NCBI GenBank assembly: GCA_902489075.1
Contig: CABTYO010000008.1
Span: 10,900-74,899 of the forward strand
DNA: 64,000 bases
Source of the DNA: an uncultured Faecalicatena sp.
GTDB taxonomy: Bacteria; Bacillota; Clostridia; Lachnospirales; Lachnospiraceae
Reading direction: 5' to 3'
This document shows, in pieces, positions 43,457-53,291 of the stretch; within the stretch, counting starts at the first letter, position 1, and the number at the start of each line of letters is the position of its first letter. The notes under the pieces were generated by a model. The model was not told where the DNA came from. It was given only the letters and a program-made list of their open reading frames with translations, and ran no database searches. Position numbers and translations under genes: made by a program.

Positions 43457-44935
43457 ATGAAAATAGGATTCGATAATGAAAAATATTTAACCATGCAGTC
43501 AGAACATATCCGTGAAAGGATCAACCAGTTTGACAACAAGCTTTACCTTGAATTCGGTGGAAAGTTATTCGATGATTACCATGCATCCAGAGTCCTGCCG
43601 GGCTTTGCACCAGACAGTAAGCTCAGGCTTTTAAAGCAGCTCAGCGACCAGGCTGAGATCGTCATCGTCATCAGCGCTCGTGATATTGAGAAGAACAAAG
43701 TCCGCGGAGACCTTGGGATTACATACGACTCCGATGTACTGCGGCTGATGGATTCTTTTAAGGACAACGGCCTGTATGTAGGAAGTGTTGTCATCACCCA
43801 GTATTCCGGCCAGGAGAGCGCGCAGCTTTTCAAGAACCGTCTGGAGAATTTGAATATCCGTGTATACATTCACTACAATATCAACGGCTATCCATCCAAT
43901 ATCCCGCTGATCGTCAGTGACGACGGCTACGGCAAGAACGAATATATTGAGACCTCGCGTCCGCTTGTGATCGTTACCGCTCCGGGGCCTGGCAGCGGCA
44001 AGATGGCTACCTGCCTTTCACAGTTATATCATGAGCATAAACGTGGAATTCATGCAGGCTACGCCAAATTTGAAACATTTCCCATCTGGAACCTGCCTTT
44101 AAAGCATCCGGTCAATCTCGCCTATGAAGCAGCGACAGCCGATCTGAACGATATTAACATGATCGACCCATTCCATTTGGAAGCATATGGGATCACCACG
44201 GTTAACTATAACCGCGACGTAGAGATTTTCCCTGTGTTAAATACCATTTTTGAAAAAATTTATGGTAAAAGCCCATACAAATCTCCGACAGATATGGGTG
44301 TCAATATGGCGGGAAACTGCATCTGCAACGATGAAGTCTGCCGTGAAGCTTCACGCCAGGAGATCGTCAGAAGGTATTTTGCATCTTTGAATACCCTGCT
44401 GATGGGAACAAGTTCCGAGGATCAGGCACAGAAGATCGAGCTTCTCATGAATCAGGCCAATGTAACTGTACAGGACAGGAAAGTCGTTGCAAAGGCACTG
44501 GAACGTGCCAGAGAGACTGATGGACCGGCCGCAGCACTGGAACTGGATGATGGACGTATCATTACAGGCAAGACAAGCAATCTGTTGGGAGCATCTGCTG
44601 CCCTTCTGTTGAATGTCATCAAAGAACTGGCAGGAATCGACCATGAACTGCATGTCATCTCACCGGAGTCCATCGCACCGATCCAGGAACTGAAGGTGAA
44701 GTATTTAAAGAGTAAGAACCCTCGTCTGCACACAGATGAAGTGCTGATTGCCCTTTCCGCAAGTGCCGCCAACAGCGCTCTTGCAAAGCAGGCACTGGAA
44801 CAGCTGCCGAAGCTGGACGGATGCCAGGCACATACCTCCGTTATGCTTTCCGATGTAGATATCAAGACATTTAAAAAGCTTGGGGTGCAGCTCACATGTG
44901 AGGCGGTTTACGAGACAGATCATATTTATCACTAG
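43457..44935 (+). CDS. DUF1846 (UPF0371) family protein
   Basis: KLYLEFGGKLFDDYHASRVLPGF, APGPGSGKMATCLSQLYHE. Confidence 0.9.
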   Translation: MKIGFDNEKYLTMQSEHIRERINQFDNKLYLEFGGKLFDDYHASRVLPGFAPDSKLRLLKQLSDQAEIVIVISARDIEKNKVRGDLGITYDSDVLRLMDSFKDNGLYVGSVVITQYSGQESAQLFKNRLENLNIRVYIHYNINGYPSNIPLIVSDDGYGKNEYIETSRPLVIVTAPGPGSGKMATCLSQLYHEHKRGIHAGYAKFETFPIWNLPLKHPVNLAYEAATADLNDINMIDPFHLEAYGITTVNYNRDVEIFPVLNTIFEKIYGKSPYKSPTDMGVNMAGNCICNDEVCREASRQEIVRRYFASLNTLLMGTSSEDQAQKIELLMNQANVTVQDRKVVAKALERARETDGPAAALELDDGRIITGKTSNLLGASAALLLNVIKELAGIDHELHVISPESIAPIQELKVKYLKSKNPRLHTDEVLIALSASAANSALAKQALEQLPKLDGCQAHTSVMLSDVDIKTFKKLGVQLTCEAVYETDHIYH

Positions 44936-44945
44936 AAAACGAGCA

Positions 44946-45057
44946 GGGACGCTGTCCCACTGAGAGACGGGCTGTACTGCGAGGGCGGATATGTTTTTGA
45001 AAAGGCATATCCGCCCTCGCAGTACAGCCCGTTTCTCAGTGGGACAGCTGGTGCATC
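44946..45057 (-). repeat. Mini (single-hairpin) member E7 of the fold-back family
   Basis: + strand gggacgctgtccc ... gggacagctggtgcatc; ~45-bp stem, loop reading TTCAA on the minus strand. Confidence 0.85.
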
Positions 45058-45079
45058 AAATCAGAAGAATGAGATTCTT

Positions 45080-46339
45080 TTACTCCTTGGCGCAGGCAAG
45101 GTAATAGTGTCTTCCGTTGGCACTGGTTTCGTATTCGGCGAGCTGGGTGAGAGCCTGGGATTTCAGCGTATGTGCCCGTTTATTAGTCTCAGGGGCGGTG
45201 AGCAGGAGGTCACAGAGTTCCAGACACCACTGGTATTCTTTTTGGCTGTAAGACTTCAAAGCTTCACCAAGGACTTTTTCGGGACCACCCATAAGAGCCA
45301 GGGTTTTCCGGGCATGTTCCTGATAAGACAGGGGATGCAGGCTGGTGGGATTCCCGTCAAACCAGCCCAGGTACGCGGTATAGATGGATTTTATGGTCCA
45401 TTCGATGCAGCCGTAGTGTTCTGCCAGATAGGGGAGATCTCTGTAGCGGGGTGGAAGCTGGATCTCCTTAGCCAGCTCATCCGGGCTTTTGCCCTGGTTC
45501 ATGCCTTCCAGGGTTCTGGTGAGAATGTAGTCGATGGCATCCCGGAAGTTTCCGATGACCTCCCTGATTTTCTTCTGCCCGGTCAAAGGTGCAGTGTGCC
45601 CTGGCAGGAGATATTCTGCCGGATATAACAGGATGGCGTCCAGACTTTTTATCCAGGCGGCGATATCCCGGTACTGGCCTCCACGGATGGCGTAGAGGTT
45701 CGGAAAACAGCCGTAGTAATTGTCCCCGGTGCACAGGATTCTTTTTTCCGGAAGCCAGATGACTGTCTCATCATCCGCCTCCCCGGGCAGGCGGGTCATC
45801 TCGAATTGAACGCCGTCTATCTCACGCCGGCATCTGTCCTGCTCATATATGGTCGCAGGCGGAACGAATGCACGGTGCTCCCCGGAAGTGATTCCTTCAC
45901 GGATCCCGATCCCCTGGGAGATATTCTCTTCATCTGTCAGCGTATAGCCAAACTGCCGGCTTCCTCTTAGATTCTGAATGTCCTGAAGCAGTTCTGTCCC
46001 CGCTAAGACCGGATTCTCTGGCGCAAAGGCTATGATTTCCGGCTCACTGCCCAGAAATGCTCCTGCCCCGCCCCGGTGATCCGGATGTCCATGTGTATAA
46101 ATGATGGTTTTCACATCTTTTCCTGTCTTCTCATGGATCATATCCAGAAGCTTCTGCCCCCGCTCAAGCGTATCCAGCGTATCAATCAGGATCACACTGG
46201 TATTTCCTTCTATAAATATGGCATTACTGTGTCCCAGTCCCAGGACAAACCATACCCCTTTTACAACCTCTGTCAAAGTCTCCCTGTAATTCTTTTCCGT
46301 AAAAAGCCTGAGCTGTTCATTTCCATTTTCTATTAACAT
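45080..46339 (-). CDS. Alkyl/aryl sulfatase (SdsA-like, MBL fold)
   Basis: THGHPDH, PGEADD, GDN...FPNLYAIRG, Y..YLGWFDGNP dimerisation motif. Confidence 0.88.
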   Translation of the reverse strand: MLIENGNEQLRLFTEKNYRETLTEVVKGVWFVLGLGHSNAIFIEGNTSVILIDTLDTLERGQKLLDMIHEKTGKDVKTIIYTHGHPDHRGGAGAFLGSEPEIIAFAPENPVLAGTELLQDIQNLRGSRQFGYTLTDEENISQGIGIREGITSGEHRAFVPPATIYEQDRCRREIDGVQFEMTRLPGEADDETVIWLPEKRILCTGDNYYGCFPNLYAIRGGQYRDIAAWIKSLDAILLYPAEYLLPGHTAPLTGQKKIREVIGNFRDAIDYILTRTLEGMNQGKSPDELAKEIQLPPRYRDLPYLAEHYGCIEWTIKSIYTAYLGWFDGNPTSLHPLSYQEHARKTLALMGGPEKVLGEALKSYSQKEYQWCLELCDLLLTAPETNKRAHTLKSQALTQLAEYETSANGRHYYLACAKE

Positions 46340-46545
46340 ATTCCTGTACCTCCATAATCTCCATTATTACTTACCATGATAGCACGAAAACTTTCGTATA
46401 TCTGTTTGGCATCCAACATAAATCAGGTGTTCAGCATATATGGTAAAGTTTCCATGAAAATTTTTCTGAAAAAAGTTCTGTATTTTTTTCCGGTTTTCGT
46501 ATATACTCTTTAAGTATTTTAATCAATCATACAAAGGAGGATTTT

Positions 46546-48162
46546 ATGGCAGTTAAATATGTATTTGTAACCGGTGGTGTTGTGTCCGGCCTGGGCAAGG
46601 GCATTACGGCGGCATCTCTTGGACGCCTTCTGAAAGCCCGGGGCTATACCGTGACGATGCAGAAGTTTGATCCCTACATTAATATCGATCCCGGTACAAT
46701 GAATCCGGTGCAGCACGGTGAGGTCTTCGTGACCGAGGACGGCGCGGAGACGGATCTGGATCTTGGACACTATGAACGTTTCATCGATGAGAACCTGACA
46801 AGAAATTCAAACGTCACGACTGGAAAAATTTACTGGTCCGTCCTGCAAAAAGAGCGGCACGGTGATTTTGGCGGCGGAACGGTACAGGTCATCCCCCATA
46901 TTACAAACGAGATCAAAAGCAGATTTTACCGCAATCCTGCAGCAAAGGATACGGAAATCGCAATCATAGAAGTCGGCGGGACTGTTGGCGATATCGAAAG
47001 CCAGCCTTTCCTGGAGTCCATCCGGCAATTTCAGCACGAGAAAGGTCACGAAAACGTGATTCTGATACACGTCACTCTGATTCCCTATTTAAAAGTTTCC
47101 CATGAAATGAAAACAAAACCTACCCAGGCGAGTGTAAAGGAACTGCAGGGCATGGGCATCCAGCCTGATATTATTGTATGCCGTTCCGAATATCCGCTTG
47201 ACGACGGGATCCGGGACAAGATCTCCCTGTTCTGCAATCTTCCTGCAAAACATGTACTCCAGAATCTGGATGTCCGGTATCTGTACGAAGCACCGCTGGC
47301 CATGGAGCGCGAGAGGCTTGCCCAGGTAGTATGTGAATGCCTGCACCTTCACTGCCCCGAACCAGACCTCAAGGACTGGACCGAGATGGTTGAAAATCTC
47401 CATCAGCTGTCCCGGGAAGTCACCATCGCACTGGTCGGCAAGTATATCCAGCTTCACGATGCCTACCTGAGTGTCGTGGAAGCACTGAAACATGGTGGAA
47501 TCTACAGCCATACTGTGGTTCATATCAAGTGGGTCGATGCAGAAGAAGTCACCGCAGAAAATGCAGAGGAGATCTTTAAAGATGTCAGCGGTATCCTGGT
47601 GCCCGGCGGATTCGGGGACCGTGGTGTGGAAGGGAAAATCGAAGCCATCCACTATGCGCGCACACACCAGATTCCATTTCTCGGGCTCTGCCTGGGAATG
47701 CAGCTCTCGATCGTGGAATTTGCCCGCAATGTCCTGGGATATCATGACGCGCACAGTGCAGAATTAGATCCCGGCACCACACATCCGGTCATCCACATCA
47801 TGCCGGACCAGATTGGTATCGAAGAGATCGGCGGTACATTAAGGCTCGGTTCCTATCCCTGTGTGCTGAAAAAAACTTCCAGGGCATATCAGTTATATAA
47901 AAAGGAAGAGATCACAGAACGGCACCGCCACCGCTATGAGGTAAATAATGACTATCGTGAGGTATTGGAAGAAAACGGCATGCTGCTTTGCGGTCTTTCA
48001 CCGGATGGACGGATCGTGGAAATGGTCGAGATCCCGGAGCATCCCTGGTTTATCGCGACCCAGGCACATCCGGAGCTGAAGTCCCGTCCCAACAGGCCGC
48101 ACCCATTGTTCAAAGGATTTGTGGAAGCTGCCCTTGCATATTCAGATGCAAAAACAAAATAA
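46546..48162 (+). CDS. pyrG: CTP synthase
   Basis: [32 protein letters not shown]. Confidence 0.98.
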   Translation: MAVKYVFVTGGVVSGLGKGITAASLGRLLKARGYTVTMQKFDPYINIDPGTMNPVQHGEVFVTEDGAETDLDLGHYERFIDENLTRNSNVTTGKIYWSVLQKERHGDFGGGTVQVIPHITNEIKSRFYRNPAAKDTEIAIIEVGGTVGDIESQPFLESIRQFQHEKGHENVILIHVTLIPYLKVSHEMKTKPTQASVKELQGMGIQPDIIVCRSEYPLDDGIRDKISLFCNLPAKHVLQNLDVRYLYEAPLAMERERLAQVVCECLHLHCPEPDLKDWTEMVENLHQLSREVTIALVGKYIQLHDAYLSVVEALKHGGIYSHTVVHIKWVDAEEVTAENAEEIFKDVSGILVPGGFGDRGVEGKIEAIHYARTHQIPFLGLCLGMQLSIVEFARNVLGYHDAHSAELDPGTTHPVIHIMPDQIGIEEIGGTLRLGSYPCVLKKTSRAYQLYKKEEITERHRHRYEVNNDYREVLEENGMLLCGLSPDGRIVEMVEIPEHPWFIATQAHPELKSRPNRPHPLFKGFVEAALAYSDAKTK

Positions 48163-48265
48163 AAAGGACTGATATAAAATGAATTTTTCACGTCAGATAC
48201 TGGCTCTTAAAGGATACAAAGTGCCGGTATCTGACAGAAATCTTTCATTTTATAACAGTCCTTTT
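48162..48265. terminator. Long imperfect hairpin between convergent pyrG and PAP2 genes
   Basis: aaaaggactgatataaaatgaa / ttcattttataacagtcctttt plus inner gtcagatactggc / gccggtatctgac. Confidence 0.6.
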
Positions 48266-48842
48266 AGGAATGGCCGGCGCCGGAGCTGTCTGTGCCGATT
48301 TTCGTCATTCTCTTACGCATCACATAGTCCATAAGCTTCACAGCTGCCCACGCTGCAAAGATACCGATCAGAAGCCCTCCCAGAACATCTGACGGATAAT
48401 GGACGCCCACATACAGCCTTGAAAATGCGATCAGGGAGGCCAGAATGACTGCCGGTATCCCCCATTTCCCCGTTCCCATCCTGTAAAATACCAATGCCGC
48501 CGCAAAGGATGCGCACGTATGCCCTGACGGGAAGGAATAATCATGCTGCCTCTCAATGATGAGTTTCAGGCCGTCAACCACTTCATAAGGCCGGGTCCTT
48601 GCCACCAGATTCTTCAGTGCCACATTTGTAATCAGCGCCCCTATGATGAGCGAAAGAAGTGCGGTAATCCCCACTTTGCGTGTACTCTTCGGAATGATCA
48701 GCAGAATGGAAAGAGCGATCCAGAACCACCCCGAATTTCCAAGCGATGTAATGAACTTCCAAAAAGGAGTCATCCAGTCCTGCCTGATATATTCCTGTAT
48801 GTAAAGCAGGACATTGCCGTCTAATTGTAATAAATAGCTCAT
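48264..48842 (-). CDS. PAP2 family phosphatase (undecaprenyl-PP phosphatase-like)
   Basis: K.LVARTRP, SFPSGH, SRLYVGVHYPSD. Confidence 0.93.
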   Translation of the reverse strand: MSYLLQLDGNVLLYIQEYIRQDWMTPFWKFITSLGNSGWFWIALSILLIIPKSTRKVGITALLSLIIGALITNVALKNLVARTRPYEVVDGLKLIIERQHDYSFPSGHTCASFAAALVFYRMGTGKWGIPAVILASLIAFSRLYVGVHYPSDVLGGLLIGIFAAWAAVKLMDYVMRKRMTKIGTDSSGAGHS

Positions 48843-49049
48843 ATATACTCCCTTCTTTTTTAGAATTATTTTAATCATACCATAAATACATTCTCCATGG
48901 TATATTAAATCCTTCCATCACCGGAAGTCAATCACCGGATTTTTTTATTTTCTACAAAAATAATAAGGATTCACAAAAAGATTCTACCATAATGCTTTTT
49001 CGTTTTGTGTTAAAATATAAACATAAAACAAATCTACGGAGGTAATAAA

Positions 49050-51302
49050 ATGAGAAACATTTTTAATTTCAATACGAAATGGGCCTTTTCCAAGGAAGCG
49101 AACGAAGTTCCTTCTGTTATGCCGGAAAGATGGTATTGGGTAAATCTGCCGCATACCTGGAATAATATTGATGGCCAGGATGGTGGAAATGACCTTTACC
49201 GTGGTACTGCATACTACGCGAACGAATTGGAGAAAAGCGAGCTGCCGCAGGCAGACCAGTATTATCTGGAGCTTCGCGGAGCAAACTCCTCCGCTGATGT
49301 CTATGTAAATGGAAAGAAGCTGGCACATCATGACGGCGGATATTCTACATGGAGAGTCAATATCACCGATGCTTTAGAGGACAGGAACCTTTTTGTGATT
49401 GCTGTAGATAACGCACCGAATTCCACTGTTTACCCGCAGTCTGCGGACTTTACTTTCTACGGCGGACTTTACCGCAGTGTCAACATCATTGCTGTCGATA
49501 ATTCTCACTTTGACCTGGAGTACTATGGCGGACCTGGAATCAAGGTAACACCGATGGTCAACGGCTCTGATGCCGATGTGGAAGTAGAAGTATTCCTGAC
49601 TAACGCCAAAGAAGGACAGACTCTTACCTACACCTTAAAAGATGCCGAGGGTAACGTTGTCGGTACGTCTACAACTGCTGCTTCTGAGACAAAAGCAGTC
49701 ATCAAGATTGAGAACGTGCATTTATGGCACGGAAAGAAGGATCCTTATCTCTATACTGCAGAAGTTGTTCTTTCAGAGGAAGGAACTGCTGCAGACCAGG
49801 TATCCACCCGTTTTGGCTGCCGTACCTATAAGATCGATCCGGAAAGAGGATTTATCTTGAATGGAGAAGAGTACCCTCTGCGCGGTGTTTCCCGCCACCA
49901 GGACAGACTGGGAATCGGGAATGCCCTTCTTCCGGAACACCATAAAGAAGATATGGATCTGATCTGCGAGGTGGGAGCAACTACGATCCGTCTTGCACAT
50001 TATCAGCATGATCAGTATTTCTATGACCTGTGTGATGAAAGAGGTCTGGTCATCTGGGCTGAGATTCCTTATATTTCCCAGCATATGCCTGGCGGACGCG
50101 AGAATACGATTTCTCAGATGAAAGAACTGATTACGCAGAATTATAACCATCCATCTATCGTTGTATGGGGATTATCCAACGAGATCACGATGGGCGGGGC
50201 ATCTGACCCTGATCTGCTTACAAACCACCGCATCCTGAACGACCTCGTTCACGAAATGGACAAGACAAGACTGACGACCATGGCTGTCGTTTCCATGTGT
50301 GATATGCATGAAGAATATATCCAGATTCCTGACTGTGTTTCCTACAACCACTACTTTGGCTGGTATGGCGGAGATACAACCATGAACGGTCCGTGGTTCG
50401 ACAAGTTCCATGAGGAGTTCCCGAATATTCCGATCGGCTGCAGCGAATATGGATGCGAGGCACTGAACTGGCATACCTCTGATCCTCAGCAGGGCGACTA
50501 CACCGAAGAATATCAGGCATACTATCACGAGGAGCTGATCAAACAGTTCTTTACAAGACCATATATGTGGGCTACCCACGTATGGAACATGTTCGACTTT
50601 GGCGCTGATTCACGTAATGAAGGCGGCGAGAACGGACAGAACCACAAGGGTCTGGTTACATTTGACAGAAAGTATAAAAAGGATGCCTTCTACGCTTATA
50701 AAGCATGGTTATCCGATGATCCTTTCGTACATCTCTGTGGAAAACGTTATGTAGACCGTGTGGAAGATGTAACAAAGATCACTGTTTACTCCAACCTTCC
50801 GGAAGTTGAGCTTTTTGTAAATGGAAAAAGCTTTGAGAAACAGACAAGCGCAGAACACTTCTTCTACTTCAATGTTCCGAATGTGGGAGAAACGACTCTG
50901 ACGGCTGTCGCAGGTGACTTCAAAGATGAGAGCCACATCCGCAAAGTCGATACATTTAATGAAGAATACCGCCTGAAAGAGAAAGGCGCTATCCTGAACT
51001 GGTTCGATATCACAGCTCCGGAAGGCTTCTATTCTCTGAATGATAAATTAGAAGATATTATGAAATCCCCAGCCGGACAGCAGGCAGTAATGAAGATGTT
51101 TGCCTCCTTCACAGCCGGAGAGAACGCAATGTTCAAGCCACAGGGAGAAGGTAACGGATCCATGATGTCAGGCATGATGGCAATGCTCGGAAGCTTTACG
51201 GTACTCAGACTGACCTCTCTGATGGGCACTGCAAATGTGACGATTACGAAGGAAGACCTGCTCGCTATTAATGAAGGGTTAAATCAGATTCCTAAGGTAT
51301 AA
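49050..51302 (+). CDS. Glycoside hydrolase family 2, probable beta-glucuronidase
   Basis: GVSRHQD, IRLAHY, WGLSNE (acid/base), YFGWY, SEYG (nucleophile), NHKG (N-x-K motif). Confidence 0.85.
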   Translation: MRNIFNFNTKWAFSKEANEVPSVMPERWYWVNLPHTWNNIDGQDGGNDLYRGTAYYANELEKSELPQADQYYLELRGANSSADVYVNGKKLAHHDGGYSTWRVNITDALEDRNLFVIAVDNAPNSTVYPQSADFTFYGGLYRSVNIIAVDNSHFDLEYYGGPGIKVTPMVNGSDADVEVEVFLTNAKEGQTLTYTLKDAEGNVVGTSTTAASETKAVIKIENVHLWHGKKDPYLYTAEVVLSEEGTAADQVSTRFGCRTYKIDPERGFILNGEEYPLRGVSRHQDRLGIGNALLPEHHKEDMDLICEVGATTIRLAHYQHDQYFYDLCDERGLVIWAEIPYISQHMPGGRENTISQMKELITQNYNHPSIVVWGLSNEITMGGASDPDLLTNHRILNDLVHEMDKTRLTTMAVVSMCDMHEEYIQIPDCVSYNHYFGWYGGDTTMNGPWFDKFHEEFPNIPIGCSEYGCEALNWHTSDPQQGDYTEEYQAYYHEELIKQFFTRPYMWATHVWNMFDFGADSRNEGGENGQNHKGLVTFDRKYKKDAFYAYKAWLSDDPFVHLCGKRYVDRVEDVTKITVYSNLPEVELFVNGKSFEKQTSAEHFFYFNVPNVGETTLTAVAGDFKDESHIRKVDTFNEEYRLKEKGAILNWFDITAPEGFYSLNDKLEDIMKSPAGQQAVMKMFASFTAGENAMFKPQGEGNGSMMSGMMAMLGSFTVLRLTSLMGTANVTITKEDLLAINEGLNQIPKV

Positions 51303-51348
51303 AGGCAGAAGCTACGGACAAACACAATAAAATGAATCCCTTTTTGAA

Positions 51349-51380
51349 ATAGAAGCAGGCAGGAATATGCCTGCTTCTAT
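51349..51380 (+). terminator. Hairpin terminator after the GH2 gene
   Basis: atagaagcaggca / tgcctgcttctat. Confidence 0.65.
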
Positions 51381-51567
51381 CTCGTTCAATTCAGCTTCTC
51401 TTTTGTTCAAAATCACAAATCGAAAGATTATTATGTGATTCTATTGTTAAAAAATATAGAATATGCTATGATTTAAAAAGTGGTAATAAAATTTTCTTGG
51501 TATGACAACAAGGGGATTTTATTGCCTTTTTTATTAACTAAATACAATCATTAAAAGGAGGGGTCTC

Positions 51568-52590
51568 ATGTTAAACGAAATAAGATGGGGATTTATCGGC
51601 TGTGGAAAAGTAGTTCAAAAGAAAAGTGGTAAAGCTTTTAATCTTGTAAATAACAGTCACATCCATTCGATTATGCGCCGTAACCTAAATGATGCACATC
51701 TGTCTGCAAAAATGTTTGGTGTACCCTATTGGTATGATAATATAGAAGATTTTCTGGCATCTGGTATTGATGCTGTCTATATAGCAACGCCTCCTGGATT
51801 ACACTTTCAACAAGCCATGGCCTGTTGCCAGGCAGGAAAGCCGATCTATATAGAAAAACCTTTTGCAAGAAGTTATAATGAAGCAAGAACAATCGCCGAT
51901 GCATTTTCTGCTAAAAATATTCCATTATATGTTGGACATTACCGGCGAGCACTACCACGCTTTATTAAAATCAAACAGCTTTTGGATGAAGAATGTATAG
52001 GGAAAATATGTTCTGTAGATTATCAACTAAACCGTATCTTTTCTCCTGCTGATGTTGAAAATACCTGGTTGTATAATCCTGTGCTGTCTGGCGGTGGGAA
52101 GTTCTTTGATATTGCTGCCCATTCTTTGGACATTATAGCTTTTTTGTTTGGAAATCTTACAGATGTTTATGGATATGCAAAGAACCACAGCACCCATTGC
52201 CCATTAGAAGATACTGTTGATTTTGTTTTTCAAACAGAGAATGATATCGTCGGTACCGCCAATTTTAATTGCATCTCCAATAAAAAATGCGACAGAATGT
52301 ATGTGAACGGTACAAACGGATGTATGGAATTCAGCATTCATGGCCGTTATGATATAAAGATCATAAATTATAATACAGAAACTGTTGACCTCTTAGATAT
52401 TCCTGATCCTGTAATTATAGAAGGACCCATGATACAAACTGTTGTTGACGATTTATTACAGCGTGGAACTTGCCCTTGTAAAGCTGAGAATGCATTACCT
52501 ACATATTATGTCATTGACCGAATTCTCGAAAAATTCTATCAAGGTCGGAATGATGATTTTTGGAATTATCCAGAAAGATGGGGGAACTAA
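51568..52590 (+). CDS. Gfo/Idh/MocA family NAD(P)-dependent oxidoreductase
   Basis: WGFIGCG, YIATPP, IEKP, GGGKFFDIAAH (D-x3-H). Confidence 0.92.
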   Translation: MLNEIRWGFIGCGKVVQKKSGKAFNLVNNSHIHSIMRRNLNDAHLSAKMFGVPYWYDNIEDFLASGIDAVYIATPPGLHFQQAMACCQAGKPIYIEKPFARSYNEARTIADAFSAKNIPLYVGHYRRALPRFIKIKQLLDEECIGKICSVDYQLNRIFSPADVENTWLYNPVLSGGGKFFDIAAHSLDIIAFLFGNLTDVYGYAKNHSTHCPLEDTVDFVFQTENDIVGTANFNCISNKKCDRMYVNGTNGCMEFSIHGRYDIKIINYNTETVDLLDIPDPVIIEGPMIQTVVDDLLQRGTCPCKAENALPTYYVIDRILEKFYQGRNDDFWNYPERWGN

Positions 52591-53277
52591 ATGACAGTAT
52601 GGGGATTTATTTTTACATGTTTTAGTGTTCCAACATCACTATTTGGAATTTATGAATTATTAAAAAAGGGGGTTATCAGATGGAAACGCCATAAGGTCAA
52701 ATCTATTATATGGGATAACAGCTCCGACTGGGTTATTGTTACGCCACAATACGATGAAAAATATCGGAGAGTTGAAGATATTATAGCTTCTGAAAAACTA
52801 TATGAGCATTGCAACAAGTTAGGTCTACATTGCTGCATACAAGATGATTCCCAGGCGATACCACCAGACAAAAATCTGATTTTAATCTGTGGTCCCAAAG
52901 CCAATAAAGCAACAAGGAAACTATATAGACATTTTCATATCAATATTGAATTGACGACAGCCCCTGTCACTATTAAGGATGATTTAAGCGGGTGTAGCTA
53001 TAAAGCAGAATACGATCCAACAACACATGATGTAACTAAAGATTATGCTATATTATCAAGGTATATTGATTCAGATACAGGTCGAATATACGTATTCTGT
53101 ATGGGAATACATGGTATTGGTACAATGGGAGCTGCATGTGTTTTATTAGATTACAAGCTGATAAAGTATATCAAAAGCTTTGAAAGTTTTGAAGCTGTTG
53201 TTTCAGTTCCTGTAATTAACAATCGATTTTCTATCGGACCTGCAGATTTTATTATACCGCCCCGAAAATTAAAATAA
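52591..53277 (+). CDS. Uncharacterised protein: N-terminal TM helix plus alpha/beta domain
   Basis: ATG abuts the upstream TAA; hydrophobic aa 3-23; NLILICGP.AN, DYAILSR and GIHGIGTMGAA motifs. Confidence 0.8.
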   Translation: MTVWGFIFTCFSVPTSLFGIYELLKKGVIRWKRHKVKSIIWDNSSDWVIVTPQYDEKYRRVEDIIASEKLYEHCNKLGLHCCIQDDSQAIPPDKNLILICGPKANKATRKLYRHFHINIELTTAPVTIKDDLSGCSYKAEYDPTTHDVTKDYAILSRYIDSDTGRIYVFCMGIHGIGTMGAACVLLDYKLIKYIKSFESFEAVVSVPVINNRFSIGPADFIIPPRKLK

Positions 53278-53291
53278 AAGGAGAATAGTAT

